A stretch of 64,000 nt of DNA from a virus, in IMG/VR virus record IMGVR_UViG_3300030060_006882, positions 10,703 to 74,702 of that record. One strand, 5' to 3'. Positions 1 to 8,802 of the stretch are shown here, in pieces. How positions within the stretch are numbered: position 1 is the first letter of the stretch; every line of letters begins with the position of its first letter. A model generated the notes under the pieces. The model was given only the letters and a program-made list of their open reading frames with translations. It did no database searches and was not told the DNA's origin. Position numbers and translations under genes: made by a program.

Positions 1-1
1 G

Positions 2-913
2 AGTAGAATTGCTTTAGTTGATTATGCATGTGCTCCAAACTATGGACCTCAGTCTTTGGGTATAAACATGGAAACTGGAAATCCGTTTGATGCATGGACG
101 AATACTGTTGAATCATTAAGTTATGAAGTAGAAACACTTAATCATGGTTTGGTTACTGTAACATTTCCGGAACATGAAAATGTGGGTGAAATCGATCCCC
201 AAGCAGAAGAAAACGGCGATGCACTTCGTCCCGTAGGTATAAATGCTGCAGAAGATGGCGATACCAGAGGATATTCGGTAATGGATCACGTTTTTACTTC
301 AAATTGCTCGTTTGCTCCGGGACACTTCTTCCGAATGGGCAGAGAGAGAAGATATGCTGGTGGTAATTACGGTAAGAGTTCTGGTATGCACAAAAATTGT
401 CTTGTTCAAAACTGTTCGTTTAGTAGCATGACAGCATATCCCGTCAAAGGAGGCGAACCCAATAACTGGTTCGGGGATAGAACTGATTATCCAAATTGTC
501 CAATCACTGGACAATACTGGAGAAATAACATACAACAGTCCGGTTCTGCAGCTCAAGATGTAGGACTGGTAAGTCCCAGTCTTATAGACGGTGTTAGCAT
601 AGTGTCTGGTTCTGATATAGCTGATGATGGCACTGGAACATCAAGATGGACTAAGATGATGGTACAAAAGTTCATTTTAAACGTAACAAGAGATAATTAC
701 GGTGATGAATCTGTGTATATAAGAGGTGACGAAAAAGTAGAATATTGTGACGAATTTAGTGATTTTTATTCACGGTGTGTTGAAGATAGTGGTCTTTATG
801 GTGGAGAGTCAGAGGTAGACGGATGGACTCCATCAAATAGTGCTTACCGTGGTCATCCTATTCCTGGATTCGACGAAGATCCCCCAGTAGGTTCATTTAA
901 AGTAGAAGGATAA
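2..913 (+). CDS. Hypothetical protein, 5'-partial (frame is open from the window edge), Gly/Asp/Cys-rich
   Basis: No stop in frame from position 2 to TAA at 911-913; no family recognised. Confidence 0.6.
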   Translation, partial: SRIALVDYACAPNYGPQSLGINMETGNPFDAWTNTVESLSYEVETLNHGLVTVTFPEHENVGEIDPQAEENGDALRPVGINAAEDGDTRGYSVMDHVFTSNCSFAPGHFFRMGRERRYAGGNYGKSSGMHKNCLVQNCSFSSMTAYPVKGGEPNNWFGDRTDYPNCPITGQYWRNNIQQSGSAAQDVGLVSPSLIDGVSIVSGSDIADDGTGTSRWTKMMVQKFILNVTRDNYGDESVYIRGDEKVEYCDEFSDFYSRCVEDSGLYGGESEVDGWTPSNSAYRGHPIPGFDEDPPVGSFKVEG

Positions 914-916
914 ACT

Positions 917-1099
917 ATGAGTTATATTTCAAATACAAACAACAGTGCAATGCAACATTTAAATCGGGGCACCGAAGAAAATATGAAAAGAATGCTTGAA
1001 TTCGACGAATTTCTTCTAAAGGGAACAAAAAAGGAGTCACCTTCTGAAATAGTAGAAACTACTATGGGAGACCTACTTCTTCCGATATCAGAGAAATAA
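917..1099 (+). CDS. Small hypothetical protein
   Basis: ATG just after the previous stop, with GAAGGA SD-like sequence upstream. Confidence 0.5.
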   Translation: MSYISNTNNSAMQHLNRGTEENMKRMLEFDEFLLKGTKKESPSEIVETTMGDLLLPISEK

Positions 1100-1106
1100 T
1101 ATTATA

Positions 1107-1355
1107 TCACTGTGTGAGGGTGGTTACAGATGTCCCTGCAGGAATACTCACTATATGAGTTGCTGAAATTTCTAGTAATTGTGATGTATCATCTAAAAGC
1201 TGATATCCAAAAGTAACCCCATAACTACCTAACATTTCCATTGTAATACCACCACCGCTAAAATTGTTAATAATAAATGCAGGTATTGGAAATCCATCAC
1301 CTAATAATGGAAAGTTAGTTTTTGGTCCTTCTATCTTCGCGTGTACTTTATACAT
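1107..1355 (-). CDS. Small hypothetical protein, possibly virion-associated
   Basis: GGAGAA SD upstream on the minus strand; contains GITM/GVTF motifs shared with structural proteins. Confidence 0.5.
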   Translation of the reverse strand: MYKVHAKIEGPKTNFPLLGDGFPIPAFIINNFSGGGITMEMLGSYGVTFGYQLLDDTSQLLEISATHIVSIPAGTSVTTLTQ

Positions 1356-1386
1356 GGGCTATTCCTCCGTTACTATTTATATATTT

Positions 1387-1394
1387 TATAAATA
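1387..1394 (+). promoter_or_regulatory. T4-type late promoter TATAAATA
   Basis: Exact consensus, followed by GGAG and ATG at 1411. Confidence 0.75.
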
Positions 1395-1410
1395 CCTTCG
1401 GAGACTAATT

Positions 1411-1695
1411 ATGAAATATACCGAAAATTACCAAAGAGAAACCTTGAATGAAAATATAGTATTAAGTCTTGTAAAAGCAATACTAGGTGGTGCATCTGCA
1501 ACTACTGGTGCTGATCAAATAATCCCAATAGCAAAAGAAATCGGCAGAAATATCAGACAAAATGAATATATTAGGTCTGGAGCAAAAGCTGGTTTCGGTA
1601 GTAGTGGACTTGGAACTTCTGACTTAATTAGTAAAAGTATCATGCCAAACATACAAGTAACAGATTTACAGAGAGCAATTCCTAGAAGAAGATAA
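1411..1695 (+). CDS. Hypothetical late protein (MKYTENYQRETLNE...)
   Basis: Late promoter plus SD support a start at 1411 rather than 1264. Confidence 0.65.
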   Translation: MKYTENYQRETLNENIVLSLVKAILGGASATTGADQIIPIAKEIGRNIRQNEYIRSGAKAGFGSSGLGTSDLISKSIMPNIQVTDLQRAIPRRR

Positions 1696-1731
1696 AAGAC
1701 TACGCCTGGGCATCGCTACCTTAGGCACCAA

Positions 1732-1771
1732 GACCCCCTCGGAGCGAGCGCCCGGGGGGTCGCTTTTTTTT
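1732..1771 (+). terminator. Rho-independent terminator
   Basis: GACCCCCTCGG...CCGGGGGGTC stem followed by a T run. Confidence 0.75.
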
Positions 1772-1778
1772 ATAAATA
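1771..1778 (+). promoter_or_regulatory. T4-type late promoter TATAAATA
   Basis: Exact consensus upstream of AAGGAG and ATG at 1800. Confidence 0.8.
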
Positions 1779-1799
1779 TAAGATACAAGGAGAACAACT

Positions 1800-2129
1800 A
1801 TGGACCCTCTAGAATCAGTAAAACATAATAAAAACCTTCTACGAGTTGCAAGCGAATTAGGAGGAACTAAAACCGAAGGCGGAAACAATGACGGAATTGA
1901 TGAAATCGAAGATGTGTCCGCTACCAAACAAGAACCTGCAGTAACTGAAACTGTAGAGTTAGATTCAAGCGAAGAAGAGGGCGTAAACGAGACAGTCAAT
2001 CAATTAGCTGATTCAGTCTTGGAACAACTCTCAACACTAGAAGAGAATTTAGAAGAAGAACTAACCGATGAAAATTTAGATTTTGCAATCAACAAAATCA
2101 TCGACAACCTTCTCAATAATAATTCTTGA
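1800..2129 (+). CDS. Acidic late protein, probably prohead/internal head protein
   Basis: Late promoter, strong SD, very Glu-rich, several L/V-x-E motifs. Confidence 0.6.
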   Translation: MDPLESVKHNKNLLRVASELGGTKTEGGNNDGIDEIEDVSATKQEPAVTETVELDSSEEEGVNETVNQLADSVLEQLSTLEENLEEELTDENLDFAINKIIDNLLNNNS

Positions 2130-2154
2130 TTTTTACATCATTTTACTATATAAT
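2126..2154 (+). promoter_or_regulatory. Sigma70-like promoter TTGATT-N17-TATAAT
   Basis: Near-consensus boxes upstream of the exonuclease gene. Confidence 0.6.
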
Positions 2155-2172
2155 GCACATATGAGGTGACAC

Positions 2173-2856
2173 ATGTTTGAACAGAAAACATTTACACATA
2201 AACCTGTAATACAAGACAGCGACTTACTTTCAGAGAACACTGAAAGTGGTCGTTATTATACACTAGATAACGGCAAAAAGCTTCCCAGTGTCACCACGGT
2301 GACTGGTTGGAAAAAGAATCAATTCTTTATTAACTGGAGAGCAAAAAATCCAAAGGAAGCAAAGCGAGTAACTGCTCGTGGTAATCTATTACACTCTCTT
2401 CTAGAAGATTACGTAAACAACGAGACAGTCTGTCTCAAGGACATACCACCAATCGAATGTGATCTGTTTCTACAAATGCAATCCGAAATCGACAAGATTG
2501 ATAATGTCAGAGGAACTGAATTGGCTCTGTCATCAGAGATGGTTGGTGTAGCTGGTAGAGCAGACTGCATTGCAGAGTATGATGGTAAACTTAGTATCAT
2601 AGACTTTAAGGGTTCTACTAGGAAGAAGTACAAAGGAAACATTGATAACTACTTCCTACAAGCAACTGCATACGCTCTAATGTGGCAAGAAATGACACAA
2701 GAGAAAATAGAACAGATTGCAATTATAATTGGATGTGAAACTGGAGATACTCAAGTGTTCACAGATAATCCTCTAAACTGGGTTAGACCTCTTCAAAGAG
2801 AAATCAAAGAATACACAGAGAAGTTTCCTCAAGTAGAATCAGCTTCTCTCTTTTGA
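2173..2856 (+). CDS. PD-(D/E)XK exonuclease (Cas4/RecB-like) of T4-like phages
   Basis: GRYY..LPSVTTV, RGNLLH, GRADCI, IIDFK and YFLQATAYA motifs. Confidence 0.85.
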   Translation: MFEQKTFTHKPVIQDSDLLSENTESGRYYTLDNGKKLPSVTTVTGWKKNQFFINWRAKNPKEAKRVTARGNLLHSLLEDYVNNETVCLKDIPPIECDLFLQMQSEIDKIDNVRGTELALSSEMVGVAGRADCIAEYDGKLSIIDFKGSTRKKYKGNIDNYFLQATAYALMWQEMTQEKIEQIAIIIGCETGDTQVFTDNPLNWVRPLQREIKEYTEKFPQVESASLF

Positions 2857-3095
2857 GTCTTTTTCCAACCAACAAACCATGCAAACAATAATAGCACTGC
2901 TAGTATTAAAGCCATTATAGAGACATACCAAAAATTAATAGAGACAACTGGTGATTCTGCAGTCACCAGTTGTTTTGCTTTTATAGGATTTATAGGGTGA
3001 TCTACAGTTTTTATAAGAGTTTTACATCCACCGACACACATCATAAAAACTATAAATAAACAAATTGTAGACACTAATCGAAGTAAATTTTTCAT
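2829..3095 (-). CDS. Lipoprotein with C-terminal transmembrane helix (possible spanin)
   Basis: Signal peptide ending in VGGC lipobox; hydrophobic FWYVSIMALILAVLLLFAWFVGW segment. Confidence 0.5.
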   Translation of the reverse strand: MKNLLRLVSTICLFIVFMMCVGGCKTLIKTVDHPINPIKAKQLVTAESPVVSINFWYVSIMALILAVLLLFAWFVGWKKTQKREADST

Positions 3096-3532
3096 TTTCT
3101 AGCTGTCGCACTCCCGAAGTAAAACCCTACTATGCTGAGTAAAATTTGTCTGTTTTCTTCAGTAAACAAGTAACCATACACATTGTGGAACTGGACATAT
3201 TGTCCTCCACCAAATATACCCAGAAAAGGCTCTGTGGTTGTTTTAATTTCTACTACTGTGGGAATACCAAAAAAAGGAAGAACAAAGGGTGCTATTATTG
3301 TTCCAAATAATACTGCTATGACAATAGTTCTACGTACTATTTTACCAGCTTCTTGACCGACTCTCTGTATTGCAGCATCTTGATCTTCTCTGTCTGCCTG
3401 TTTGTTTTGCATGAACATTTCAAATTGTTCACGTCTCATCTCTCGGGTTTCAGTTAAGTACTTAAATACAAATCCAGTAAGAGAACCACCAATTAAAGAT
3501 AAAAATTCAGGTGTCAGTAAAGATGCAATCAT
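3092..3532 (-). CDS. Putative holin (3TM/GTA-holin-like)
   Basis: Three hydrophobic segments; C-terminal IVGFYFGS motif. Confidence 0.55.
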   Translation of the reverse strand: MIASLLTPEFLSLIGGSLTGFVFKYLTETREMRREQFEMFMQNKQADREDQDAAIQRVGQEAGKIVRRTIVIAVLFGTIIAPFVLPFFGIPTVVEIKTTTEPFLGIFGGGQYVQFHNVYGYLFTEENRQILLSIVGFYFGSATARK

Positions 3533-4059
3533 TAGCCATTCCTTCTCTGTAAATTATGCATAAAATTAATTACATTACAAAGAGGATTCTTTTTATCCTT
3601 ACACTTAGTTTTTGGATATATTGCGATATCATCATAACCATCTTCGTAGTTACGATAACCCAAACCTGCAATCTCACCCGATCCTACGTTGTTTGCAACA
3701 GGAGCTGCTGCTTCTTGTTCTGCAAGATGTAGTAGGATTCCTTCGCAGATAAAATCACCATCTAAATCATAGGAATCCAGTGACTCTTTGAATAAAGACA
3801 TCGCAGCAGTAAATGATCTTAATTTTGCACTGGTACTAGGATTTGGAATTTGGTCAAACAATCGTTTTACGTATATGACAAACAGATCAAAGGAGGGTAT
3901 TTCTTTCTTAATCACATCATCTGGTTTTGTGAAATATCCATCCTGATCTATAAGACCATTCCTGAATGCGTTGAGTTGAGTAAACGGTTTAGTAATATCC
4001 TGAAGAAATTTATACATGGTGAAGGCGGATATTGTCTTGTTGGTTATATCGTAATTCAT
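3532..4059 (-). CDS. Conserved T4-like hypothetical protein
   Basis: YKFL..TKPF...AF..GLID..G pattern typical of T4-like late hypotheticals. Confidence 0.65.
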   Translation of the reverse strand: MNYDITNKTISAFTMYKFLQDITKPFTQLNAFRNGLIDQDGYFTKPDDVIKKEIPSFDLFVIYVKRLFDQIPNPSTSAKLRSFTAAMSLFKESLDSYDLDGDFICEGILLHLAEQEAAAPVANNVGSGEIAGLGYRNYEDGYDDIAIYPKTKCKDKKNPLCNVINFMHNLQRRNG

Positions 4060-4439
4060 ATTTCCTCTTGCAGTTTCTTCAATATTCTATGATCAGTTGG
4101 TATTTTATCCAAATCCGTTTCTGGTATTGCACAAGGCAATCTGTCTAAAAAATCTAAACATGTCTTTAGTGCTGGGTGGTACTTTTCCTCTACCCGATAG
4201 AATAAAATCCTAGCGGATGGTAAAACACCAAAGACATTATTAAAAACAATCAAATGGTTGACTATAAGCCGAGACTTAAAGTCATTATCTTGTTCATAAC
4301 GACTAAATAAACGCTTTAAATACTTAATCCTGTTCACATCTTCAGAAAATTCATCAATGTCTTTACATTCTGGATTTTCATAATTTCGAAGAGCATAATC
4401 AAGAAAGTTTTTCGAATTAAGCTTCAGGTTCTCCATCAA
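4056..4439 (-). CDS. Conserved T4-like hypothetical protein
   Basis: YENPEC..EF.ED..RIKYLKRL..RY...RLIVNHLIV..NVFG signature. Confidence 0.75.
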   Translation of the reverse strand: MMENLKLNSKNFLDYALRNYENPECKDIDEFSEDVNRIKYLKRLFSRYEQDNDFKSRLIVNHLIVFNNVFGVLPSARILFYRVEEKYHPALKTCLDFLDRLPCAIPETDLDKIPTDHRILKKLQEEI

Positions 4440-4926
4440 CGCCTTCCGATTGTTTAACTACCTTTGCAGTTATATCACATGTTCCATCAGATTTTCCTAC
4501 GTTTATAATCAAGTCGTAAGAATCTCCGTTAGGGAAACCATTTTCATCATCAAATTCATCGTGAGGAGTCTCTGGACTCTTTCCAAAAGCACCACCCAAA
4601 CGAGAAAGTTCAAAAGTATTTTCTCCGTCTCTGAGCATGGTGTTCGTATCATACTTAAAGTCCAAACCCAATAAGTTTAGCTTAGTCTTGAAAACACCAA
4701 GGTGTGTTGTTGGTTCGTCTCTAATACCTTTCCAAAAGGCAGTCGCAAACGAGTTTACTCGATCTAAATTATCTTCTTTGTCAATGTCAAAGATACCCTT
4801 ACCTGTATGCTTCAGTGCAGAATGAGGACTCGTTTTGACGAAAGTATCACCAAATCCACCTCCAAAGGTATGTTCTCCGGCACTACTCTCTGTAATTTTA
4901 GTTTTTAATTCCTTAAAAGTTTTCAT
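4417..4926 (-). CDS. Hypothetical protein, possibly internal head protein
   Basis: MKTFKELK..ITE N-terminus typical of gp21-processed proteins; GGAGG SD. Confidence 0.65.
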   Translation of the reverse strand: MKTFKELKTKITESSAGEHTFGGGFGDTFVKTSPHSALKHTGKGIFDIDKEDNLDRVNSFATAFWKGIRDEPTTHLGVFKTKLNLLGLDFKYDTNTMLRDGENTFELSRLGGAFGKSPETPHDEFDDENGFPNGDSYDLIINVGKSDGTCDITAKVVKQSEGVDGEPEA

Positions 4927-5324
4927 AATTCCTCCTGATCTTTAGTATATAGATCTTTTACATTCATGATAAGTTCTGCTAACTTTTTCTTAAATTTATC
5001 ATTATGTTGCTGAAATCCACATTGGGTTCCCAAAATACTAGTGATTCTGTCCCTGTCGTATTTCTCTTGACTATCCATTTTCATGGTATCTTTATAAGAT
5101 TCATGGATAAGTTCTACGGTTTCCCCAGTTAAAAGAAATTCTTTAATCAAGTCTCCCGTTTCGTTTATCATAGACGAGCAATATGAATTGTTCCCTATTC
5201 TATTTATTTGGTTGACGATGAAAATGGTTTCATTTAATTTGACAACCATTCCTGGTTTCAGTTGTCTTGGGGATATGTTTGTATTATACTTCATCTTCCC
5301 TGTTCCAATTCTTTTCTTATCCAT
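4923..5324 (-). CDS. Hypothetical protein
   Basis: ORF tiles the operon between its neighbours; start uncertain. Confidence 0.55.
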   Translation of the reverse strand: MDKKRIGTGKMKYNTNISPRQLKPGMVVKLNETIFIVNQINRIGNNSYCSSMINETGDLIKEFLLTGETVELIHESYKDTMKMDSQEKYDRDRITSILGTQCGFQQHNDKFKKKLAELIMNVKDLYTKDQEEL

Positions 5325-5563
5325 AGAAGATCCGTTTTTATTTCAGCTAGATCAGATCGTATTTCCAACCGAAAAGATTCTGCTGTGTCTAATCTTGAAT
5401 CTAAATCTTCTAACTCTTTTTCTATTGTATCTAATCTGTAAATGTATTGAGTGTCCTTAGATGCGGCAGCCCATACAAAATTTCCTATGGTCAAAAACCA
5501 GCCAACTAAAATTGCAATTATAACCAAATGGCTTTTAGCCTTATCTTTTGCTTCCTGTGTCAT
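5291..5563 (-). CDS. Single-TM, coiled-coil membrane protein (XhlA/holin- or i-spanin-like)
   Basis: N-terminal TM helix followed by heptad repeats. Confidence 0.55.
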   Translation of the reverse strand: MTQEAKDKAKSHLVIIAILVGWFLTIGNFVWAAASKDTQYIYRLDTIEKELEDLDSRLDTAESFRLEIRSDLAEIKTDLLWIRKELEQGR

Positions 5564-7587
5564 TTATTTTTCTTTCGCTTTTTCAATAAACGTTCGGGAA
5601 TAGTCATATATGGAGTGTCCAAAATGTATCTCAGTAACAACTCATCGGTGCCTTCTTCTCCTGCACCATGTTCTTCTTTAATAGGGACTTTATTATCTCC
5701 CCTATTAGCAGATTTACTTCTTACTCTTGTGTTTGACTTACTGTTATTTAGGGGATTATGATCTTTATGATCTATATCTTTTCCGTCGCCTTTACTAACT
5801 TTTCCATTTTTTTCTGCTTCTCTACGAGCACCATTTCTTCCAGCACGTCTTTTCTTTTGCTTTTCTGTGCCATGATACTCATCGTATTCTTTTCTATAAT
5901 TACGTTCTTTTCCTTCACTCAATCTAAGAGTAGAACTATCGTAATACTCAACATCCTTTTCCACATCAACATAGAATGTTTTATTTCCTACAGAAATCTT
6001 GGTAAAGTCACCATTAGAAATCGAACCAACCGCATCTAGATTAATATTTCTTATTATGATACTGTTTGCGGATAAATCGAACAAAGCAAGTAGTCCAACA
6101 AGAACAGATGGGTATTGACTCATGTGTTGTTCGAAAAATAATTTGGCATCATTTTGATCTTCCATTAAAGAAAAATATTCGTTTAAAGAAGGATATGGTT
6201 GCATTCCAACTGGATTTTTCTGTTTAGCTGCTGCTTCGTTTTCAGGTGGAGTTGTAGGTGCCGCTCCATTTACCAAAAGATCGTACATCTGATCGAATGG
6301 CGTTGTAGGGGAGGAAGGAGTAAGTCTTAATTTAACTTCAGTTTCACCAAGCAAACTATTAATTGTAATTTCTGTCAGTGGAGTAAATCTTAAATTTGTT
6401 CCATCTCTTGAACTACTCATCAATGTGTTTGCAACCGCAGGAGATCCCTCGTCAAATTTTCTTCTCCCTGTGAGAGATTGTATTACCAAAAACCTTTCTA
6501 CTTTATCGTTAGATTGTAGTATAGATTCTATAGAAGAAATTAATTCTTTCTTTACATTTTCTCCATTTGACAAAACATATTTCTTTTGAATATTTTCTTT
6601 ATTATCAAAATTGGTTGCAACATTAATTATTTTTTGTTTCAATTTATCAAGTTGCTTTTTTACTTTTTCATCTGATTCTAATGTCTCTACAAGTTCCTGT
6701 AGAGTGATCGAGAATAAAGCGTTAGCTTCTTCGTCTGTTATTATCTTTATCTTATCATGAATTATAGAAACTGTATAGACATTACCCTTTTCATCTTGAA
6801 CTATTAAATCTGTGTTTGGAGTATCCACGTCTCCTACAACTTTTTTAAATTCTTTAGATACAGGGTAAGTCTCTTCTGCAGTCGTAACTGTAAAATTACC
6901 TTTTACCTTTTCGCCTATTTGTTGGTATGCTCTAATAGAAGCGTCCATTAGAGTTTGACTTTGACCAAAGAACTGACTGGCTGTAGATGGATCTACTTGC
7001 TTTCCTCCAGTACTGTTAGCAACCAATGATATACCTCTGGATAAGGACTCTGGTGCATGATCCCAGTCTGGGTAAGTAGAGTTTGTGTCTTTTCTTTCTA
7101 CTCCATCTTTGGGATAATCATAATGATCACTTCTGACTATTTCTGTTTTTCCTCGTTTTTTCTTTTTAACAATACCCAATAGTCTATTGGATGTCTTTGA
7201 TGCTTCAAATTCATCTTGAGTTGAGATTTCTTGTGCTACATTAGGAGTAACTTCTGGCTTTGGTGGTTGACCAGGTGCCTCACCATACAACAATTCATGT
7301 TTGTTTGAATTAAAATCAGATTTAGGAATCAAGCGTATTTTGCCATCTTGATTAGTCTTAACTATGATGACACGCTTCCACGGACTAGATCCTTCTGTCT
7401 CTTTTTTCCTGTCTACCTGTTTTCTAGCCTTATCTACTTCCTTCTGTCCACCACCTTTAGATCTGGCTTTCTGAACAGCTCTTTCCTTTTCGACTTGATT
7501 GGCTTTTGTGAACTCCAAAAGCTCACCCTCGAATGACGAGTCAATCCAGTTCTGATCTTCCATGAGTTTTATAGTTTTGTTTTTCAT
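5560..7587 (-). CDS. Large late protein with C-terminal HNH endonuclease domain
   Basis: RNYRKEY...GDGKDIDHKDHNPLNNSKSNTRV...NRG HNH-like motif; TATACATA upstream. Confidence 0.7.
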   Translation of the reverse strand: MKNKTIKLMEDQNWIDSSFEGELLEFTKANQVEKERAVQKARSKGGGQKEVDKARKQVDRKKETEGSSPWKRVIIVKTNQDGKIRLIPKSDFNSNKHELLYGEAPGQPPKPEVTPNVAQEISTQDEFEASKTSNRLLGIVKKKKRGKTEIVRSDHYDYPKDGVERKDTNSTYPDWDHAPESLSRGISLVANSTGGKQVDPSTASQFFGQSQTLMDASIRAYQQIGEKVKGNFTVTTAEETYPVSKEFKKVVGDVDTPNTDLIVQDEKGNVYTVSIIHDKIKIITDEEANALFSITLQELVETLESDEKVKKQLDKLKQKIINVATNFDNKENIQKKYVLSNGENVKKELISSIESILQSNDKVERFLVIQSLTGRRKFDEGSPAVANTLMSSSRDGTNLRFTPLTEITINSLLGETEVKLRLTPSSPTTPFDQMYDLLVNGAAPTTPPENEAAAKQKNPVGMQPYPSLNEYFSLMEDQNDAKLFFEQHMSQYPSVLVGLLALFDLSANSIIIRNINLDAVGSISNGDFTKISVGNKTFYVDVEKDVEYYDSSTLRLSEGKERNYRKEYDEYHGTEKQKKRRAGRNGARREAEKNGKVSKGDGKDIDHKDHNPLNNSKSNTRVRSKSANRGDNKVPIKEEHGAGEEGTDELLLRYILDTPYMTIPERLLKKRKKNK

Positions 7588-7616
7588 AAGAAATCCTGAT
7601 AATAATTGATCTACTT

Positions 7617-7624
7617 TATGTATA
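7617..7624 (-). promoter_or_regulatory. Late promoter variant TATACATA
   Basis: One mismatch to TATAAATA; recurs at 8839 and 60594 in similar positions. Confidence 0.55.
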
Positions 7625-7626
7625 AT

Positions 7627-7655
7627 AAAAGGGGAGCAGGTTTCCCTGCTCCCCC
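7627..7655 (-). terminator. Rho-independent terminator
   Basis: GGGGAGCAGG-GAAA-CCTGCTCCCC followed by TTTT. Confidence 0.85.
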
Positions 7656-7658
7656 AAC

Positions 7659-7747
7659 ATAATACTACTTAACCGGTAGGTAAAGGGTCTTTGCTGCTGG
7701 ATCACCCCCCTTCGTGTGCAATAAAACAATTACCGGCGAAGTATTAT
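7659..7747 (-). ncRNA. Putative structured RNA with anti-16S-tail loop
   Basis: Outer stem ATAATACTT..CCGGTA / TACCGG..AAGTAGTATTAT; loop contains AAGGGGGGTGATCCAGCA; terminator follows. Confidence 0.5.
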
Positions 7748-7844
7748 TACTTCACTTATAATAAGTGTATAAATTGAACTTGGAGGAAGGAATTTCGAAT
7801 TCAGTAAAACTTTTATTAAACATATTAGGTTTTCCCTTCATTCT

Positions 7845-7852
7845 TATTTAGG
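7845..7852 (-). promoter_or_regulatory. Late promoter variant CCTAAATA
   Basis: TAAATA core immediately after the upstream gene. Confidence 0.45.
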
Positions 7853-7864
7853 ATAAATTACTTT

Positions 7865-8209
7865 TCATTCGGGTCTTTTTAGCAATTTATACCCTTTGTG
7901 TTGTTTTCTTTCACCACGCAAGGTTCCGTACATTGCTGCCTTATTTAGGTTATTTTCTCTGCAAAATCTAGAAAAAACCTCTATAAGTTCAATTTTCTTG
8001 TCTGGAGTCTCTACAACATATTTGTCAGTATTGTTAGAATAATCTACAGATTCCTGCCATTTTGTCGTTCTTCCAAATCTGTCATTTTGGACAAACTCCC
8101 CTCCAAACATTTCCACAAAGTTCTTTCTGTGAATAATTTTTCTGGCATCTTCATTAACCCTAACCCATGTAGGGGAATTTATTTTATTCACTTCTTCTTT
8201 TACAAACAT
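7865..8209 (-). CDS. Small protein with NUMOD1/HTH-like DNA-binding C-terminus
   Basis: FCRENNLNKAAMY...GERKQHKGYKL resembles homing-endonuclease DNA-binding modules. Confidence 0.55.
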   Translation of the reverse strand: MFVKEEVNKINSPTWVRVNEDARKIIHRKNFVEMFGGEFVQNDRFGRTTKWQESVDYSNNTDKYVVETPDKKIELIEVFSRFCRENNLNKAAMYGTLRGERKQHKGYKLLKRPE

Positions 8210-8210
8210 T

Positions 8211-8762
8211 TCATTTCTCCATATCTTTTACTATTTTAAATAACATCTTACAAATATAATATGAATCTACAATATCGGTTGCTGGATTGTTGAGTGTTTT
8301 CATATTTAAGACACTTACTAAATTGACACCAGTTTCTTCTAAAAAAGATTCATACATTTCGGTTTTTCCTGCATTTCCCTTTCCAGTCGCATATTTCTTG
8401 ACCGCAGATGGTGCTATAGTTTCTAATGGGACACCACGCTGATATAACTTATATTTCAAAACACCAGTATTTTCTGCTATATTGAACACCCTACCAGTAG
8501 CACCATAGGCATAATTTTCTATTGCTACTTGATCTGAAAAATCACACACCTCTACTGCCCATGATGAAATGCTGTCATATCTTTCCTCTTCTGAGTTATA
8601 TTCCTCAAACGATTTTCCATAAAATCTACCCGAGAATACCTCAGAATATTTCTTTTTGTTGGACAAATAATGAAATATACAATTCGTATAGCTCCATTCA
8701 TCTCCGACATGAATGCATATTGCAGGGGAAGTTAAACTATAATCAATACCAGATAATACCAT
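8211..8762 (-). CDS. RuvC-like Holliday junction resolvase
   Basis: GIDYSL, VAIE, VKKYATGKGNA.K and DIVDS catalytic motifs. Confidence 0.85.
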   Translation of the reverse strand: MVLSGIDYSLTSPAICIHVGDEWSYTNCIFHYLSNKKKYSEVFSGRFYGKSFEEYNSEEERYDSISSWAVEVCDFSDQVAIENYAYGATGRVFNIAENTGVLKYKLYQRGVPLETIAPSAVKKYATGKGNAGKTEMYESFLEETGVNLVSVLNMKTLNNPATDIVDSYYICKMLFKIVKDMEK

Positions 8763-8771
8763 AATATAAAT

Positions 8772-8802
8772 ATATAGACACCCCGTAGAGAGGTGTCTAT
8801 AT
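8772..8802. terminator. Hairpin/terminator
   Basis: ATATAGACACC-CCGTAGAGA-GGTGTCTATAT inverted repeat. Confidence 0.65.

Noticed and set aside
1721-1999. Minus-strand 92-aa ORF
   Set aside because: Shadow of 1800-2129, which has the promoter and SD
2173-2856. CRISPR-Cas system (Cas4-like gene)
   Set aside because: No repeat-spacer array or other cas genes seen; stand-alone nucleases of this kind are common in T4-like phages
7692-7712. 16S rRNA gene fragment or primer contamination
   Set aside because: Match is only about 20 nt with substitutions, flanks are not rRNA-like, and it is embedded in a phage-style hairpin and terminator
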